A stretch of 63,910 bases of DNA, filler included. It is 4 parts of 4 records of this genome, joined end to end, with 100 filler letters (N's around TTAATTAATTAA, not from the genome) between each part and the next. Parts side by side here need not be neighbours in the genome. Positions count along the whole stretch, not along the records: positions 1 to 27,622 come from DRR378314_266; positions 27,723 to 39,808 come from DRR378314_269; 2 more parts are not named here. The stretch is one strand, 5' to 3'. The position numbers were made by a program, and so were the translations under genes. Position 1 is the stretch's first letter. Every line of letters starts with the position of its first letter. The notes under the pieces are model-generated. The model had not been told where the DNA came from. It worked only from the letters and a program-made list of their open reading frames with translations, and did not search any database. Shown piece after piece: positions 20,935 through 32,223 of this stretch.

Positions 20935-22176
20935 ATGCCGCAACCCGCCCACCTACTGAATCCGATCCTGATTGTCGGTTGCATCGTCATAACCGTCAGC
21001 TTTGCGGTTCGTGCCTCATTCGGCGTGTTTCAGATTCCTATCGCAGATGAATTCGGATGGTTGCGCACCGATTTCTCGATGGCGATCGCGATTCAGAATC
21101 TGGCCTGGGGGATCGGGCAGCCGATCTTTGGTGCCATTGCCGAAAAGATTGGTGACCGGCGCGCTATTGTTCTGGGTGCCTTGACCTATACGGCGGGAAT
21201 GGTTTTGTCGGCTTGGTCCGTCACCCCCTTTGAGCACCAAATTTATGCCTGGCTTGTGGGTTTCGGGATCGCGGGTACGGGGTTTGGCGTAGTCCTAGCG
21301 GTCGTCGGACGCGCTTCGACTGACGCGAACCGTTCAATGTCATTGGCGGTTGTCACTGCGGCGGGCAGCTTTGGGCAGGTGATCGGGGCACCCACCGCTG
21401 AATGGCTGCTGACATTCCTTCCTTGGCAACAGGTTTTCCTCGTCTTTGCGGTGGCAATCCTCGCGTTGATCCTGACGTTACCGTTCATGCGCGCACCTCA
21501 GCCGGTCAGTAAGACCGAACTGGAAGAAAGCATGGGGCAAATCCTGGCCAAGGCGTTCCGCGATCCTTCTTACGCACTGATTGCAATCGGCTTTTTTAGC
21601 TGCGGTTATCAACTGGGCTTTATAACTGCCCATTTTCCGGCCTTCGTCACCGAGATGTGCGGCCCAATCCAACCCGGAGGTGTGCTGCATTCGATTGGCA
21701 TCACGACGACATCCGCATTGGGTGCGGTTGCCATTTCCTTGATCGGCTTAGCCAACATAGGCGGCACGTTGCTGGCGGGGTGGGCAGGTAACCACTTTCC
21801 GAAAAAGTACTTGCTCGCAGCGGTTTACACCGGACGGACAGTTGTGGCGGGGGCATTCATCGTGTTCCCGATCACACCCTTTTCCGTTATCGCATTCTCT
21901 CTGGTAATGGGGTCGCTTTGGTTGGCGACGGTTCCGCTGACATCTGGCCTTGTCGCGCATCTTTATGGTTTGCGCTACATGGGCACGTTGTACGGGATTG
22001 TTTTCCTGAGCCACCAAATCGGCAGCTTCCTGGGCATCTGGCTAGGAGGCCGCATGTACGACCAGTACGGTGACTATACCATGGTTTGGTGGATTGGTGT
22101 CGCAATCGGAGCTTTCAGTGCCATTATCCACCTGCCCATCCGGGAAAATCGCGCGTCAGCTGGCGTGACAGCTTGA
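20935..22176 (+). CDS. MFS transporter
   Basis: About 12 TM segments; GAIAEKIGDRR motif A; GFFSCGYQLGF; GTLYGIVFLSHQIGSFLG. Confidence 0.9.
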   Translation: MPQPAHLLNPILIVGCIVITVSFAVRASFGVFQIPIADEFGWLRTDFSMAIAIQNLAWGIGQPIFGAIAEKIGDRRAIVLGALTYTAGMVLSAWSVTPFEHQIYAWLVGFGIAGTGFGVVLAVVGRASTDANRSMSLAVVTAAGSFGQVIGAPTAEWLLTFLPWQQVFLVFAVAILALILTLPFMRAPQPVSKTELEESMGQILAKAFRDPSYALIAIGFFSCGYQLGFITAHFPAFVTEMCGPIQPGGVLHSIGITTTSALGAVAISLIGLANIGGTLLAGWAGNHFPKKYLLAAVYTGRTVVAGAFIVFPITPFSVIAFSLVMGSLWLATVPLTSGLVAHLYGLRYMGTLYGIVFLSHQIGSFLGIWLGGRMYDQYGDYTMVWWIGVAIGAFSAIIHLPIRENRASAGVTA

Positions 22177-22177
22177 C

Positions 22178-22798
22178 TTAAACAGCCTCTTCCTTGGTCA
22201 GCAGACCTTCTGAAACCAATCGATCCGCCCACCCTTGTGGATCGAGGAAGTGGTGTGTTTGCCATCCCCGCGCCTTGGCCGTCTCGATGTTTTCAATCCT
22301 GTCGTCAGCAAACAAAAGCGCAGATGGTTGGATATCACAATCAGCTTCGACCATCTCGTATATCGGAATAAGAGGCTTCACTGCTTTCATCCGGCCCGAG
22401 ACATATAGTCGATCAAACTCATTCAGGAACGGATAGACCGTGGTGGCATAATCGAAGTTCTGCACCCCAAAATTGGTCAGGGCAAAGACCGGAACCTTTC
22501 TGGCGCGCAACGCGCGTAGCAGTCGCACAGAATGTGGGATGTCAGGCGCAGCCAGTTCAATCCAGTTGTCGTGCCACATCCGAATTTCATCGCTCCACTC
22601 AGGGTACTTGTCTGCCCACTTGTAAATCGTATCAGTGAAGTGATGGCCCTGATCGACAAGATCGTTCATTCCATGCAGATTGACCTCGGCAAACATGGTT
22701 TGACGACGAATTCTTCCGATGACGCGATCATAGTAGCGCTCGGGCTGCCATTCGATCAGTACGTTTCCGATATCAAATACAACGGCTTCGATGGCCAT
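22178..22798 (-). CDS. HAD-family phosphatase
   Basis: Start MAIEAVVFDIGNVL at 22798; LTNF, KP, FADDRIEN motifs. Confidence 0.88.
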   Translation of the reverse strand: MAIEAVVFDIGNVLIEWQPERYYDRVIGRIRRQTMFAEVNLHGMNDLVDQGHHFTDTIYKWADKYPEWSDEIRMWHDNWIELAAPDIPHSVRLLRALRARKVPVFALTNFGVQNFDYATTVYPFLNEFDRLYVSGRMKAVKPLIPIYEMVEADCDIQPSALLFADDRIENIETAKARGWQTHHFLDPQGWADRLVSEGLLTKEEAV

Positions 22799-22944
22799 GC
22801 TGCAATCCAGTTCGATCCAATACAATTATCGCCGACTGAACCAAGCGCGCAGCGGATATGCAAGCGCCAACCGCAGCGCGGCACGCGCTGCCACGCCCAA
22901 CGGAAAGTTGCGCATCTTTGATGCGCCTCTGACCGGCGGGAGTG

Positions 22945-23400
22945 TTACCCGCGCAAGGCGGCACGGACTTCCCGCTCAAGCACGTCCAGAAACCGCGATC
23001 GGTCTGCTTTACCAAACGGCTTACCTCCACCGCCAGCTCCTAGTGGATTGGCGGCACGAAGGTCCACCATCAGGTCGCGCATAGCGAGTTGTTGACCAAT
23101 ATTGGCCGCGGTGAATGCCTCGCCATTAGGGCGCAGCACACGGGCCTCGGCTTCAACGCATTTTGCGGCAAGCGGAATGTCTGACGTCACAACAATATCA
23201 CCCGGGCCGCAACGCTCGGCGATCCATTTGTCCGCCTCATCCGCCCCCGCGGAGACAACCACCACCTGTACCAGCGGGTTGGCTGATGGGCGCAGCCCAC
23301 CGTTCGAGACCAAAATCATCGGCACTTTGTGCCGGGTTGCCACCCGCTCAGCTTCGGCCTTCACCGGGCAGGCGTCACCATCGATATAAAGCGTTGTCAC
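22945..23400 (-). CDS. yaiI: YaiI/YqxD family protein (UPF0178)
   Basis: [34 protein letters not shown]. Confidence 0.9.
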   Translation of the reverse strand: MTTLYIDGDACPVKAEAERVATRHKVPMILVSNGGLRPSANPLVQVVVVSAGADEADKWIAERCGPGDIVVTSDIPLAAKCVEAEARVLRPNGEAFTAANIGQQLAMRDLMVDLRAANPLGAGGGGKPFGKADRSRFLDVLEREVRAALRG

Positions 23401-24857
23401 GCCTCTTTGGCCTTTGCAGGTTGCTTCGCCTTCGAGGGTGTTTTGCGCACCTTGAATTCCTCGGGAATAGGCATCCGGTTGAACGCATCCAGACCCGCGA
23501 TCTTATAAGCCTCAGCTAGAGTGGGATAGTTGAACGTGTTCTGAACGAAGTAATCCACCGTGCCTTTCAGGTTCAGCACCGCCTGCGCGATGTGGATCAA
23601 TTCGGTTGCACCTTCACCCACGATCTGCACACCCAGAACCCTGCGAGTTTTGAGAGAGAACAGCATCTTCAGCATGCCATGTTCCAACCCCATGATGTGC
23701 CCGCGCGAGGTTTCGCGAAACCGGGCCACACCTACTTCATAGGGTATTCCGCGCTCCTGCAACTCTTCCTCGGACATGCCACAGGTCGAGATTTCGGGCA
23801 CCGAGTAAATCCCATACGGATACCACGGGCTTTCCGGCAAAGTCGGTGTTTCCAGCGCATGACAGGCCGCGACCCTCCCTTGCTGCATCGACGTTGAGGC
23901 CAGCGAGGGATGCCCAATGACATCTCCTGTTGCATAGATATGCGAAACCGAAGTTTGATAGGTCTTGCTGTCAACGCTAATTCGGTTGCGGTGGTCGGTT
24001 TCAATTCCGACAGCGTCAAGATTGAGGGCCGAAGTTGCCCCCATGCGGCCCGCCGCAAACAACAGCATCTCAGCCCGCACGTGGCGTCCGTTATCTAGGG
24101 TGACCTCGACATGGCCTCCGGTATCTTCGATCTTTTCGACGGCCGAGCCCAACCGCAAATCAACGCCGTTTTCGCGGATCTGATGCGTGAAGTCGTGGAT
24201 CAGTGTCTTGTCAATGAAATCCAAAAATGTCTCGCGCGGTTCAATCAGCGTCACGCGGACATCAAGTGCCGAAAACATGGTGGCATATTCAACGCCGATC
24301 ACACCGGCACCGATCACGCACAGCGAACGCGGAATCTCTTCCATCTCAAGGAAATCATCCCCGTCGACAACGGTTTTGCCGTTGAACGGAACATAGTCGG
24401 GACGATAAGTCTTGGTGCCGGTGGCAATCAGGAACTTAGCCGCAGTCAGACGCGTGGATTCGCCTGCGTCCGTTGCCACTTCTACCTCATGCGGTCCTGT
24501 GAATGTGGCAAGCCCGTTCAATGTTTCCACATGGTTTCGGTTAAACTGATGCTCCAACACGTCGACTTCGTGATCGAGTGTCATGTGCAAACGCGCTTTC
24601 AAATCTTCCGCACTGATCTGATCCTTAACCCGGTAGGAGCGCCCATAAAAACTGCGTTCGCGCCATCCTGACAAGTTCAGCACCGTTTCCCGCAATGTTT
24701 TCGAAGGGATTGTGCCGGTATGAACCGAAACACCACCCAGCCGATCTTTGCGGTCGATCACAAGTACCCGGCGCTGCAATTTGCCCGCCTGAATGGCCGC
24801 AGCACGCCCTGAAGGGCCCGAGCCGATGATAATCAGGTCGTAATCATACTTGCTCAT
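23397..24857 (-). CDS. sthA: Soluble (Si-specific) pyridine nucleotide transhydrogenase
   Basis: [25 protein letters not shown] (no redox CxxxxC), [13 protein letters not shown]. Confidence 0.93.
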   Translation of the reverse strand: MSKYDYDLIIIGSGPSGRAAAIQAGKLQRRVLVIDRKDRLGGVSVHTGTIPSKTLRETVLNLSGWRERSFYGRSYRVKDQISAEDLKARLHMTLDHEVDVLEHQFNRNHVETLNGLATFTGPHEVEVATDAGESTRLTAAKFLIATGTKTYRPDYVPFNGKTVVDGDDFLEMEEIPRSLCVIGAGVIGVEYATMFSALDVRVTLIEPRETFLDFIDKTLIHDFTHQIRENGVDLRLGSAVEKIEDTGGHVEVTLDNGRHVRAEMLLFAAGRMGATSALNLDAVGIETDHRNRISVDSKTYQTSVSHIYATGDVIGHPSLASTSMQQGRVAACHALETPTLPESPWYPYGIYSVPEISTCGMSEEELQERGIPYEVGVARFRETSRGHIMGLEHGMLKMLFSLKTRRVLGVQIVGEGATELIHIAQAVLNLKGTVDYFVQNTFNYPTLAEAYKIAGLDAFNRMPIPEEFKVRKTPSKAKQPAKAKEA

Positions 24858-24860
24858 GCC

Positions 24861-25694
24861 TTAGTCCCCGTACAGCGCTTCGGCGTGGAAGGTAATGTGA
24901 TCCTCCATGAAGGTGGACACGAAATAATAGGAATGGTCATAGCCAGGTTGCAGGCGATATGTTGCCTGCTGGCGACGCTCGGCTATTGCCTGTGCCAACG
25001 CTTCGGGGCGCAACAGATCCATGAACTGATCATTAGCACCAGTGTCGATCAGCACGGGGCCGTCAAATCCGGTGCTTTTCATCATTTGCGACGCGTCATG
25101 TTTGGCCCATGCAGCCTCATCATCGCCCAGATATGCGCTCAGCTGTTTGCGACCCCAATCCGCCCCCATCGGGTTCGAAATCGGAGAGAAAGCCGAAACC
25201 GACCGGTACCGCCCGGGCAGGTTCATCGCCAAAGTTAACGCACCATGCCCGCCCATGGAGTGTCCGGTGATTGCCTGACGATCAGCATCAATCGCGAAGT
25301 TTTCGGTTAGCAGGGCGGGTAATTCCTCGGCCACATAATCCCACATGTTGAAATGGGGTGCCCAGGGTTTTTGGTTGGCGTTGACATAGAAACCGGCACC
25401 TTGGCCGAGATCGTAATCTTCATGATCTGCAACATCCGCGCCGCGCGGCGAGGTATCTGGAAACACCAGCGCAATTCCCTGCTCCGCGGCCCACCCCTGA
25501 GCACCTGCCTTTGTCATGGCGTTTTCATGGGTGCAGGTCAGTCCTGACAGATACCATAGAACCGGAACGGGGCCATCCTTGGCCTCGGCTGGAAGAAAAA
25601 GTCCAAATGTCATGTCACATTTGCAAGCCGAGGAGGCGTGGCGGTAGACGCCTTGTACACCACCAAAACAGGCATTTTCCGAAAGGGTTTCCAT
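24861..25694 (-). CDS. fghA: S-formylglutathione hydrolase
   Basis: Start METLSENACFGG at 25694; LSGLTCTHEN, PDTSPRG, GHSMGGHGA, GYDHSYYF. Confidence 0.96.
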   Translation of the reverse strand: METLSENACFGGVQGVYRHASSACKCDMTFGLFLPAEAKDGPVPVLWYLSGLTCTHENAMTKAGAQGWAAEQGIALVFPDTSPRGADVADHEDYDLGQGAGFYVNANQKPWAPHFNMWDYVAEELPALLTENFAIDADRQAITGHSMGGHGALTLAMNLPGRYRSVSAFSPISNPMGADWGRKQLSAYLGDDEAAWAKHDASQMMKSTGFDGPVLIDTGANDQFMDLLRPEALAQAIAERRQQATYRLQPGYDHSYYFVSTFMEDHITFHAEALYGD

Positions 25695-25795
25695 CAAGCT
25701 ATCCTTGCGTTGTATCGGTGCCATGGCTAACGGTCTGCAGCGTCGACGTAAAGTGCGGGTGCCTTCGGCGGGCGTATTTTTCGAAAAGGTGAAGA

Positions 25796-26725
25796 TCAGT
25801 AGCCGCTGACCCAGCCAATCACCAGTGGGACGGTCAGTATGCTGGCCATGGTCGAAAGCAGGATGGCCGCAGATGCGCGTTGTGGAGCCACGCCATAATA
25901 TGCGGCCAGCATGTAGACATTGCCTGCAACGGGTAGCGAAGCCGCTGCGATTGCAACCATTGCCGGGAAGGTGGCAACAGGGATCAACCAAATCACCATA
26001 AGCGCGACGAAAAGGGGATGAAGAACCAGTTTGCAAAAACTAAGCCACCCAGCGATCTGAATACGCTCGGCCGACTTATCCGCCAGGGATGCACCGATGG
26101 CAAACAGCGCACTGGGGGTGGCCGCTCCGCCAAGTATGGTCAGAAAATCGTTCAATGGGGCAGGGACCGGGATCTCCAGCGCAGACCAAATCAAACCTCC
26201 AGAAATCGACAAGATCATCGGGTTCTTCAGCAAGCCGAACCCGATCAACCGTATTGTTCCAAAACTGAGACGGCCATCGCGTCCAACATGAATCAGAATG
26301 ACGATCAGCGAAGAAAAAACGACTAGATCGACAGTCAGAACCAGCATTACAGGCCCAATGGCCGCTTCGGAGAACAAAAGTGCGAGCATCGGCAAACCTA
26401 GAAACCCGACGTTGCCAATGGCGGCGCACTGGGCCTCGACCGCCGCTGTGGGTAGATCCAGACTGCGCAGATAAGCGATAACCATTGCAATCGCGTAGAC
26501 GCAGACGGTGCCGATCAAATACCCGATCACCAGACGGCCGTCGAATATCTCGGCAAAGGGCAGTGTGGCTGCAAATCGAAACAGCATCGCTGATAATGCA
26601 AAGAAGAATACGAATTTAGTCAGATACAAGGTCGCATCGGGTGGGAAGAAACGACTGCGCCCGGCCCAGAATCCCAGGCCGATGATTGCGAAAAAGGGGA
26701 AGGTACGCAGAAATATTTCGACCAT
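25796..26725 (-). CDS. AEC (auxin efflux carrier/malate permease) family transporter
   Basis: GNVGFLGLP, KNPMI, AATPSALFAIG, KLVLHP, LPVAGNVY; about 10 TM segments. Confidence 0.88.
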   Translation of the reverse strand: MVEIFLRTFPFFAIIGLGFWAGRSRFFPPDATLYLTKFVFFFALSAMLFRFAATLPFAEIFDGRLVIGYLIGTVCVYAIAMVIAYLRSLDLPTAAVEAQCAAIGNVGFLGLPMLALLFSEAAIGPVMLVLTVDLVVFSSLIVILIHVGRDGRLSFGTIRLIGFGLLKNPMILSISGGLIWSALEIPVPAPLNDFLTILGGAATPSALFAIGASLADKSAERIQIAGWLSFCKLVLHPLFVALMVIWLIPVATFPAMVAIAAASLPVAGNVYMLAAYYGVAPQRASAAILLSTMASILTVPLVIGWVSGY

Positions 26726-26885
26726 GGGAATGTGTTAGCACGGTTGGCCAGGGCCGCAAGGCCGACGCTTAACGATGTAATAGTTGATGGTGCAGCCTGG
26801 TGACAAAACCGCGACTAAGGTGAAAAGCGTTGAAACTGAACCGAGCGGTTTATAGTGTTGGCGCATACCGCTTTCAGGAGACATC

Positions 26886-27503
26886 ATGACCCAAGCCGCA
26901 ACCATCCTGCGTACAGGCCGCAAATTCGATCAGGTTTTATGCGGGGCCCGAGAGGTGTTCATGGCGGATGGGTTCGAAGGTGCAAGCGTCGATGACATTG
27001 CGCGCGCAGCTGGCGTGTCCAAGGCCACGCTTTATAGCTATTTCCCCGACAAACGTCTTTTGTTCACCGAGGTCGCCCAGACAGAGTGTCGCCTGATGGC
27101 CGAGCGAATTTTGTCGATGATTGATGAGACAAAGCCCGCACGTGAGGTACTTACAATTGCCGCTACGCAGCTTACGGCCTTTCTTGTTTCGGACTTTGCA
27201 CAGCAGGTTTTTCGGATTTGCGTTGCCGAGCGCGATAGATTCCCAGAGCTCGGCAAAGCATTTTATGAAGCCGGGCCGCAAAACGGACAGCGCCAAATGG
27301 CCGAATATCTGACCAAGGCGGTCGCCAAAGGAGAATTGGTGGTCGAGGACGTCAATATTGCCGCCGAGCAGTTCTCGGAATTGTGCAAAGTCAGGCTTTG
27401 GGGACGCGCTGCATTCGGAATTCAGAACAGTTTTAGTCAGAGTGAGATTGACAAGGTCGCCTTACAGGCCGTTGACATGTTTCTGGCCCGATACGGCAAG
27501 TGA
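26886..27503 (+). CDS. TetR/AcrR family transcriptional regulator
   Basis: HTH GFEGASVDDIARAAGVSKATLYSYFPDK; C-domain RFPELGKAFYEAGP; RBS AGGAG. Confidence 0.93.
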   Translation: MTQAATILRTGRKFDQVLCGAREVFMADGFEGASVDDIARAAGVSKATLYSYFPDKRLLFTEVAQTECRLMAERILSMIDETKPAREVLTIAATQLTAFLVSDFAQQVFRICVAERDRFPELGKAFYEAGPQNGQRQMAEYLTKAVAKGELVVEDVNIAAEQFSELCKVRLWGRAAFGIQNSFSQSEIDKVALQAVDMFLARYGK

Positions 27504-27555
27504 ACGCGACAAGCTTTGCCGTCATATCGACACTTTAGGTCATGTGGAAACACTA

Positions 27556-27622
27556 TGGTGCGGGTGGAGGGACTTGAACCCCCACGCCTTGCGGCGCCAG
27601 AACCTAAATCTGGTGCGTCTAC
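27556..27622 (-). tRNA. tRNA-Leu (anticodon TAG), 5' part lost at contig end
   Basis: Reverse complement GTAGACGCACCAGATTTAGGTTCTGGCGCCGCAAGGCGTGGGGGTTCAAGTCCCTCCACCCGCACCA: anticodon arm CCAGA-TTTAGGT-TCTGG, long variable arm, T-loop GTTCAAG, encoded CCA. Confidence 0.93.
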
Positions 27623-27722
27623 NNNNNNNNNNNNNNNNNNNNNNNNNNNNNNNNNNNNNNNNNNNNTTAATTAATTAANNNNNNNNNNNNNNNNNNNNNN
27701 NNNNNNNNNNNNNNNNNNNNNN
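27623..27722. other. Artificial contig spacer (N44-TTAATTAATTAA-N44)
   Basis: Six-frame-stop linker flanked by N runs; identical copies at 39809-39908 and 58084-58183. Confidence 0.99.
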
Positions 27723-27752
27723 ACAAAACAAACAAACAAACAAACAAACAAA
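27723..27752 (+). repeat. (AAAC)n microsatellite at contig start
   Basis: acaaaacaaacaaacaaacaaacaaacaaa. Confidence 0.9.
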
Positions 27753-29383
27753 GCGGGCGAGCAAGCACGCGCCAGAGGAACGTTTCACCGGCAACAGAGG
27801 CGAAACTTTGTTGCAGCCGAACAGAGAGACAACACCGTTGTTCGCTGCTAAGAGGGAAATATTCTCAGATGGACCAAGAACTATACCGATACACACAAAA
27901 AAGGAAAACACACCGTCGTTGCGATGCTGACCGCCGTATGCGGCTGGAATAATAGCGTCAAGGGCGGAATCGACTCGCGGCCGTACCAGAAACGCAGCGC
28001 TGCACATACCCGGAACAAGTAAGCCCGCGCAGTAAGCCCGTGACGCAGACGGACAGAAGACGCCAGTCAAACCACAGAAAAAGCATAGCCAAAGAGGAGG
28101 AAAAAAAAAAGAGTGACGGGACCCTCCGTTGTTTTTGGTCGTCGCAAAACAAAGCAGCACTGCCGCCCACTTGAGACACCGAAACGCGACAAAGCAGGCC
28201 TCTCGCGGAACACGATATCAGCGAGCTTGCGGAGAAACATGCGTACCGAGTTCCAATAACAAGATCGCCGCTGAAAGCCCATACACAGAACGCTCTGCGA
28301 CAGTTGACAAAAACATATCCGATTCTGCAAACACACAAATCCCAACCAAAAGTTAACAGGCATGTGTACCCGCAAAAGGAGCACGTGCGGTTTCCAGATG
28401 GCGGGCAGGTTGCTCCAACATAGCTTCGGCCACCGGAGAAACGTATTTCAAGTTGCAAGCAAAGACGCACACCCTCCCCGCGCTTCCTCTCGCGCAAAAT
28501 CGCGAGTAATACATACACCAACTCTCTGATTAGTAAGTCCATGCACTCTATGCATGCAATGCAAAACCCGCTTCGCAGGCGCAGGCGTCGCAACGTGCCG
28601 CGCGCGTCCACGACCACAGTGCAACGGCAGAATCGAACGCGCAACAGCAGAGCTCGCAACGAAAACCGCTCTCCCCGGGCGACCTGCCTCGCAAGCACCA
28701 GCATCCGTGTAAAACCGTTCTTCGGACTCCGGAAGGGATATGTACACGCGCAATACATGGTGCGCTAGCGAGCACCAGACGCTGTATACACGGGAAACTC
28801 GCGCATGTGCTCCTGTTTTCATCGCACCTGCGCCAGCTTCAATAATCGCGAGGGCAAGCGTGAACATGCCGAACAGCTTCTTCGAGCGCCGATAAACCAG
28901 ATGCAGACGCCGGTCGCGAGCGTGCTTCTCCCCGGCGGGGATACCGTCCACAACGTGCATAATCACGCGTCGAACGCGCTGTAACTGGCTTTGTGGACGC
29001 ATAGTGGCATCTTTTTGCACAACAGATGCAGAAGCAAAAACACTTCCGACGGAACGCATCGAATGCGGCCGCCCAGCGCCGGACTCGGCCGACGACAGTG
29101 AGCTCTGGCTCTCCGTGTCGGACTCGGGCGCCTCGAGCCCGATAAGCTCCATCCCTGGAACGCCCGACGAGCGGCGCCGCGCAGCGCTCTGCTCTGCCTC
29201 GTGACTGCCCTCCCCAAGAGCTCCCAACGGCTCCGTTATTCCTGACGACGCGTGCGAGGCAGTTTCCGAGAAATCGACATCAGCTGTAAATGATGTATCG
29301 TCACTTGAAGGCTCCTGTCGCTCGCTGCTGCGGTTCCCAGGATCAGGCGTCGCGTCGCCGCGCTCCACAGCGGAGCTCATCGT
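27723..29383 (-). CDS. Putative intron-containing eukaryotic gene: acidic/Ser-rich N-terminus followed by hydrophobic segments; 3' end runs off contig
   Basis: Long exon MSSAVERGDATPDP...KKLFGMFTLALAIIEAGA ending at a GTGCGA donor; downstream exons only tentatively placed. Confidence 0.45.
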
Positions 29384-32223
29384 GCCCACGAACGCAGGCG
29401 CGGCGGTGTCGGAAGGCAGCAGTCCGCCGTTTCGCGAGCACGAGCAATCCCAAGCGCGAAGACCGCCCTCCCCGCAGCACTATGTGCCAACAGCCGATGC
29501 ACGTCAGAGGACTAGCAGTATATTTTTTTCCTGCAAAGCGGCGCACAGCCATGCGCTTTGCACGGAAAAGGCGTCGTACCGCTCAAGTCTGAAGTCGACA
29601 GCCAGCCGAAGACGCGCTGAAAAGAACACGTAAGCAGCCCTGACTTCGGCTCTCCAGCTGCGACGCGAAGAGTGGCGCGCGCGCACACAAACACACACAC
29701 ACACGCTCCAGATGCGATAAGAAAACTTGGGCACACTGAGGCAGGGATTGACGCCGGCGCAGGGCGAGAGGGAGGGGCTCTCGCACAGTCGCCGATACGA
29801 TGAACAACTTTATCTAGTGAAAACTTAGTATACAAATACATGAATTGATCACATCCGGCAGCCAGTCCGCGGCTCACCTCTCGCACCCTGCTGGCCACTG
29901 TCCAGACCCCTTTACTCCGGCGCAGGAACGACAATGCACTTCCGTATCAAAGGATGAAGACCTAAAACAGTCAATCAATCAAACAATAGTAATAATGCTA
30001 GTCGCCAGAATAAAATCCTAGGGCGGAGAGAGGAAAAGGTAATGCCGGAAAGTATCTACAAGCCGCGAGAGACTTGAGTGCGCAGCAGTGTTCGGGTGGC
30101 GCTCTAGGCTGTCAGCGTGCTGTTGCCAGTAACCATCTCTCCCTGAAACAAGCCCAGCGCGAACGCCAGCGGACAAACTCGGCGCCGAACGAAGTGAATG
30201 TGAGCTCGCTTACGCTGCCACAATCCAGGCATTTGTGATTGAAAAACATTTCAAAGACGTGTGTTGCAAAAATATAAAACCTGTCATGCGGCTTGCACCC
30301 GCTAACCCGGAGCAAAGCGCCCAGTTTCTTGCGCAGCCTCGAGCGTGCGTATGCGGCGCAGAGGCCTTGCTCCCGTTTCTGTTCGAGCGCGCAGGGCGAG
30401 CCACGTGAGCTGCCCAGACCTTGGAAGGCAACCCTCCGTGCTGGAAACTTCTTGCACACACGTGGTGTTCGCACCATGCCTGTTTCCTCTGCCAACGCAT
30501 CAGCATCCGTACGGCAATCATTGCCTACCAGGTTAACCATGCATGGCTCTATCTCCAGCTCAGAAGGCTGCGTCGTTACCATACCTTCTCAAGGGACAGA
30601 CCATGGGAACAGGAAAAATATATATCCAATGCCACCCCAGCTACATTCTCCGTTGCACTTTGTCGCGACACAGCCGCTTGATTGCTGAGCACCCGCAATT
30701 GCGCCAACACAGCCAGATGCTTGAACATGGCAATAGTTGCCCCGTACTGCACGGCCCGCCCACCACGCACATCAGATGCCAAAGCAGAACATTGCTTACC
30801 CTAGCAAAAGTAAATGCTTGCACTGTTATTTCCAACCCAGCGTTCGCTGCAGCCTAGCTTCACGCGTACCACAGTGCTTCCAGCTGCGCAACCGTTCTCG
30901 TCTGCGCAACTGTATATAAATATAGCATTTTACTACACAACCGCCGCTATATTTCACAACGGCGCCGCACATTTTTTGCAGGCCCGCCCAACTGACACGC
31001 TCCGTGTCATCAGCAGGGTTTCCAGCGTGTACGGAACCGCCGCTCGATTCGCAACGCCGCCGGACCTGCGCGCCCGAACTGCTGCTGCACGGGCGCTTCG
31101 TACCGCAATCCGCTGCGTACCAGATACGAAACAATTTACTCAATAGCTGTCCATTGAAACCCGTAATTTATTTTCCCACGATTTTCGGCGGCCTTGCAGA
31201 GACCGCTGGTGCGAAGAAACGCGTGCTAGTGTGCCGCCGAGCTGCGCGTAGCACTGGACAGAACCAACGGCGCCGCGAACGCTGAACGCTCGCTCCGAGC
31301 CGATCCGCGCTGCGCCAGGTATGTGTGTGCTGCGCCGGCACCGCCGCCTCGCACGCACTGCGCTGCCCCGACAAGGGGACGGAGGAACATTTGATTTCCT
31401 TGTACCATGCCCATAAATATCACTAGCATAGAGTGCTCCCGTACGTAAGTGCTCCATTTAATCGCTACAGGACCGCACGGTTTGTAAAACGGAGGCGTGG
31501 GTGCACGCGCGCGCGCACATGGGCTGGGACACTCCAGGCTGGGCCTGGTCACGCGCCCGCGCGCCGCGCGGATTAGCCGAGGGCGCACCCGTTCCGCAGG
31601 CCGCAGTGCTGCTCCCTTTCGCGGCACTGGCTCGGCAGGCGAAAGCGCTCGCCTTGCTGCCGATCCCTTCTCCAACGAGCTCGCTTAGAGAGTGTATTTG
31701 TGCTTATAGTGTGCTGATGTACAGCGTTTGCCCGCCAAACTGCGATAGCACTTTTACTTTCCCGGGCGGGCAGCCGGCATCACGCTCGACCGCGCGGCCT
31801 AAGCAGGGTGCGGTCGCTCCAGCTTTCCGGTCACCATGGCGACGCCCAACCTGCCTCGCCAGTGCTTGGCACGCAGGGCCGTCGGCGCATCACTTCCTAC
31901 CACCCTTCCGGCCTGCAATTGCCCCGACTGCGGTACCGTTGTCGTTCGTACAACGTTCTGGCCACGTCTACGAGGTCTGGGCGTCAATCTCGCGCCCAAG
32001 CTCGCGCGTTTCCTCCTACGCGCCTGCGACTGTAATGCGCCACTGCCAGTGCATGCGCTGCAGCCGGGACGTTGCTCCACCGCAAGAACAAGCGCAAACT
32101 GTGTCGAGGCGTCATTCTGCGCTGCGCACAGTTCGCCCGCTTTCCTCACCGGGTGCCGTTCCTGTCCGCGTGCGCCCGCACGCTCGTCCGCACATGCTGC
32201 TGCATTCTTCCATGCAGATCGAC

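Noticed and set aside
27667-27678. TTAATTAATTAA recurring three times as a possible repeat or att site
   Set aside because: Always embedded in N runs of identical length; a six-frame-stop assembly spacer
27556-27760. Bacterium-to-eukaryote horizontal transfer or integration at tRNA-Leu
   Set aside because: The junction is an artificial linker, so there is no evidence of physical contiguity
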